DNA of 37,369 nucleotides from an uncultured bacterium (lineage in GTDB: Bacteria; Electryoneota; AABM5-125-24; Hatepunaeales; Hatepunaeaceae), in contig CAZAGU010000009.1 in assembly GCA_964484805.1 (NCBI GenBank), positions 1 to 37,369 on the forward strand. The letters run 5' to 3'. How positions within the stretch are numbered: position 1 is the stretch's first letter; each line of letters starts with the position of its first letter. The translations under genes were made by a program, and so were the position numbers. The notes below the pieces were generated by a model that was given only the letters and a program-made list of their open reading frames with translations, was not told the origin of the DNA and did not search any database. Positions 37,006 to 37,369 of the stretch are shown here, piece after piece.

Positions 37006-37061
37006 CCCGTAAGAAGTTAAGCGTGGGTTATTCAGCTAGTATAATATATTACTCTTACGGG
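37006..37061. repeat. Imperfect inverted repeat (arms CCCGTAAGA / TCTTACGGG) enclosing an AT-rich core that contains TATAAT.
   Basis: gcacgCCCGTAAGAagttaagcgtgggttattcagctagTATAATatattacTCTTACGGGcgagcacgc. The position between the iteron-like repeats and the primase gene is origin/promoter-like. Confidence 0.5.
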
Positions 37062-37086
37062 CGAGCACGCGGGTACTGTTAACGTC

Positions 37087-37369
37087 ACTACTCGTTCCCA
37101 CGCTCCTGCGTGGGAATGCTATGTTTCTCCTGATTGCAGTTTCCCTAATCTGTTAAATCCGTTCAATCTGTTGTGAATTATAGACTAGGGATGAATGCGA
37201 TGGATACCTGCCTTCGCAGGTATGACAGCGGCGGGTACAGCTGGCGCGCGCGGTGATTTGGGGGCGTTACTACTCGTTCCCACGCTCCTGCGTGGGAATG
37301 CTATGTTTCTCCTGATTGCAGTTTCCCTAATCTGTTAAATCCGTTCAATCTGTTGTGAATTATAGACTA
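37087..37369. repeat. Long tandem direct repeats: an identical 101-bp unit at 37087-37187 and 37269-37369 with 182-bp periodicity. The array is cut by the window end.
   Basis: ACTACTCGTTCCCACGCTCCTGCGTGGGAATGCTATGTTTCTCCTGATTGCAGTTTCCCTAATCTGTTAAATCCGTTCAATCTGTTGTGAATTATAGACTA occurs twice exactly. Each unit contains the perfect hairpin TTCCCACGC-tcct-GCGTGGGAA and the sub-repeats AATCTGTT x2. The 81-bp spacer contains the palindrome ATACCTGCCTTCGCAGGTAT. Confidence 0.8.

Noticed and set aside
37087-37369. CRISPR array interpretation of the hairpin-containing repeats (stem TTCCCACGC/GCGTGGGAA resembles CRISPR repeat stems)
   Set aside because: The identical unit is at least 101 bp with an 81-bp spacer, outside the 24-48 bp CRISPR repeat range. 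There are only two copies visible, no cas genes nearby, and an internal 8-bp sub-repeat structure more typical of iterons.

Overview
This is a 37.4 kb bacterial chromosomal window with GC content in the mid-40s %. I cannot assign a phylum from the sequence alone.

Gene content, start to end:
- **Left end (1-4978):** a 5' part of lipA on the minus strand; a GC-rich ~380 bp non-coding island; a small RRM RNA-binding protein gene with its own terminator; a degraded IS256/mutator-family transposase remnant beside a tRNA-Glu(CUC); and a 776-aa ORF fusing a class-I aspartate aminotransferase to a C-terminal HPr-kinase-like P-loop domain.
- **Housekeeping block (5137-15312):** a flotillin/SPFH gene; the hrcA-grpE-dnaJ heat-shock operon; comEA; a 502-aa protein with a canonical type IV prepilin N-terminus (G|SIIFE); a membrane protein with GspL/PilM-like topology; rsmD; and a patatin-like phospholipase.
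- **Type IV pilus block (15384-27999, minus strand):** pilC, pilB, two minor-pilin-like genes, a large hypothetical, pilT with an N-terminal extension, a pilM-pilN fusion, a pilO/pilP-like gene, pilQ, and an HDOD protein with an atypical receiver.
- **Pilin gene and its regulators (27541-34899):** a 152-aa pilin-like gene with a textbook sigma-54 promoter and a strong terminator; a soluble PilS-like histidine kinase plus a PilR-like sigma-54 activator; and a second sigma-54 promoter driving a receiver / V4R-like / REC-PATAN(DUF4388) operon.
- **Right end (34900-37369):** a rearranged accessory patch. A PKD-domain fragment abuts a 3'-truncated nucleotide-sugar dehydrogenase gene, which is interrupted at a TTTTTACA repeat tract by a module encoding a 62-aa protein and a 353-aa primase-polymerase (AEP) protein. 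That module is preceded by a (GAAAGGAA)x3 leader, palindromes and a long tandem direct-repeat array that runs off the window edge.

Most notable points: a 22-bp motif sits in the same orientation about 200 bp upstream of both sigma-54 promoters flanking pilS/pilR, consistent with a shared enhancer. The PrimPol module with iteron-like repeats is the strongest candidate for a previously undescribed element or system.
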